From Hormiphora californensis (Eukaryota > Animalia > Ctenophora), in the NCBI GenBank assembly GCA_020137815.1, contig CM035356.1:496001-560000 (forward strand): 64,000 bases of DNA, in the 5' to 3' direction. The notes below the pieces were generated by a model, which was given only the letters and a program-made list of their open reading frames with translations, was not told where the DNA came from and did not search any database. Both the position numbers and the translations under genes were made by a program. The first letter of the stretch is position 1. The number at the start of each line of letters is the position of its first letter. Of this stretch, positions 63,091 through 64,000 are shown piece by piece.

Positions 63091-64000
63091 ATTTGCGCGT
63101 CCGAGTAAAATCGAGTGCGTCTGCCAAAAATAACCCAGCGTTTTTTACTTTTTTAAAGGAATGAACAATCGCACAACCTTTACATTGGCTCTCAGACCTT
63201 TCACCTTTATTGGTCATCAGATGACAGATCACAAGCTCAGTGATATCTTCCGACGTAAGGCATAAGGCATAAACTGATGAGGCACTGAGGCAGAATCTTG
63301 TCCTTAGCCTGAGATTCGCTGTCAGGCCAATGCTCTGATCACAGTTCTCGCGAATAGGGTCAGGCCAATGCTCTGACAGGAGATTCAGGATGAGGGCTTA
63401 TACCTTCAGGACTTTCTGAAAATCGCTGGTTATCCCACCCGCTGTATTCATATTTCATTACCAAAATGACTGCTGTCTGCTACTTGCTAGACTCATTCCT
63501 TCGGTAAAGTTGGTCAAGGGGCGTGTTGAGATGGAGCCGCGAGGGTGCATTAGCACGGAAAATTTTCACCTTCACATGGGCGAGCTGCATTTTCCGGCAA
63601 AGGTCAAGTAATACCACGTCCACACTTGCGTCATTTTTTTAAATAAACTACACAATCCACTAGGGACCTCAGGGGTGAAACGGTGCAGAGCAGCCGCGAG
63701 CCACTAGACACGGTGAGGTGACTTGCGTCATGGGCAGAGTTATGCTAGGGTTTTTGCCCTTTTTGATGATGTTAGATCATAGATGTGATGTGTGAACTGA
63801 GTTTTTTTATGTCTGCAAGCCTGCAGTTTGTCCCTACGCCTATTTATTAAAGTACCCTGTATACCGAGGGAAAACTTGAGACTCATATTCTATTTCTGTC
63901 TCGAAATACCTGTCCTAATGATCCAGACTCAGAAAATATTTATTTGGAAGCATTCGTACGACCTCAGTCATCAGTGATTATTGTTTTCTATATAATGAAG

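Noticed and set aside
62432-63108. Repeated ALTVFPTPRGKVFDRGKVFKPWEK ORFs; possible CRISPR-like array
   Set aside because: Products of the palindromes. There is no repeat-unique-spacer structure, no cas genes, and the context is eukaryotic.

Overview
Eukaryotic, intron-rich animal genomic DNA, most likely from a ctenophore. This is inferred from two copies of a secreted domain I recognise from comb-jelly proteomes, plus the short introns and GA microsatellites; it is not verified. In order, the window holds: (1) the 3' part of an LDLa-repeat GPCR (+); (2) spastin (-), whose 4.9-kb intron holds an antisense single-exon gene for a signal-peptide-bearing, extremely Lys-rich (KKA)n protein; (3) an intronless PERK, an orphan coiled-coil gene and a CFAP97-like gene, tightly packed on the same strand as spastin; (4) an ANTP/NKL homeobox gene with about 11 kb of upstream non-coding DNA, part of it low-quality sequence; (5) a >21-kb multi-exon gene (-) for a giant beta-sandwich repeat protein resembling bacterial DUF11/fimbrial-D2 surface proteins, with three antisense genes nested in its introns; (6) a triple-palindrome array carrying 16 CGTGGGAA motifs. 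Several non-autonomous DNA transposons have clear ends (Helitrons, a Helentron-like element, hAT and Tc1-type MITEs, a foldback element). Exon boundaries were read by eye and family calls come from motif recognition, not database searches.
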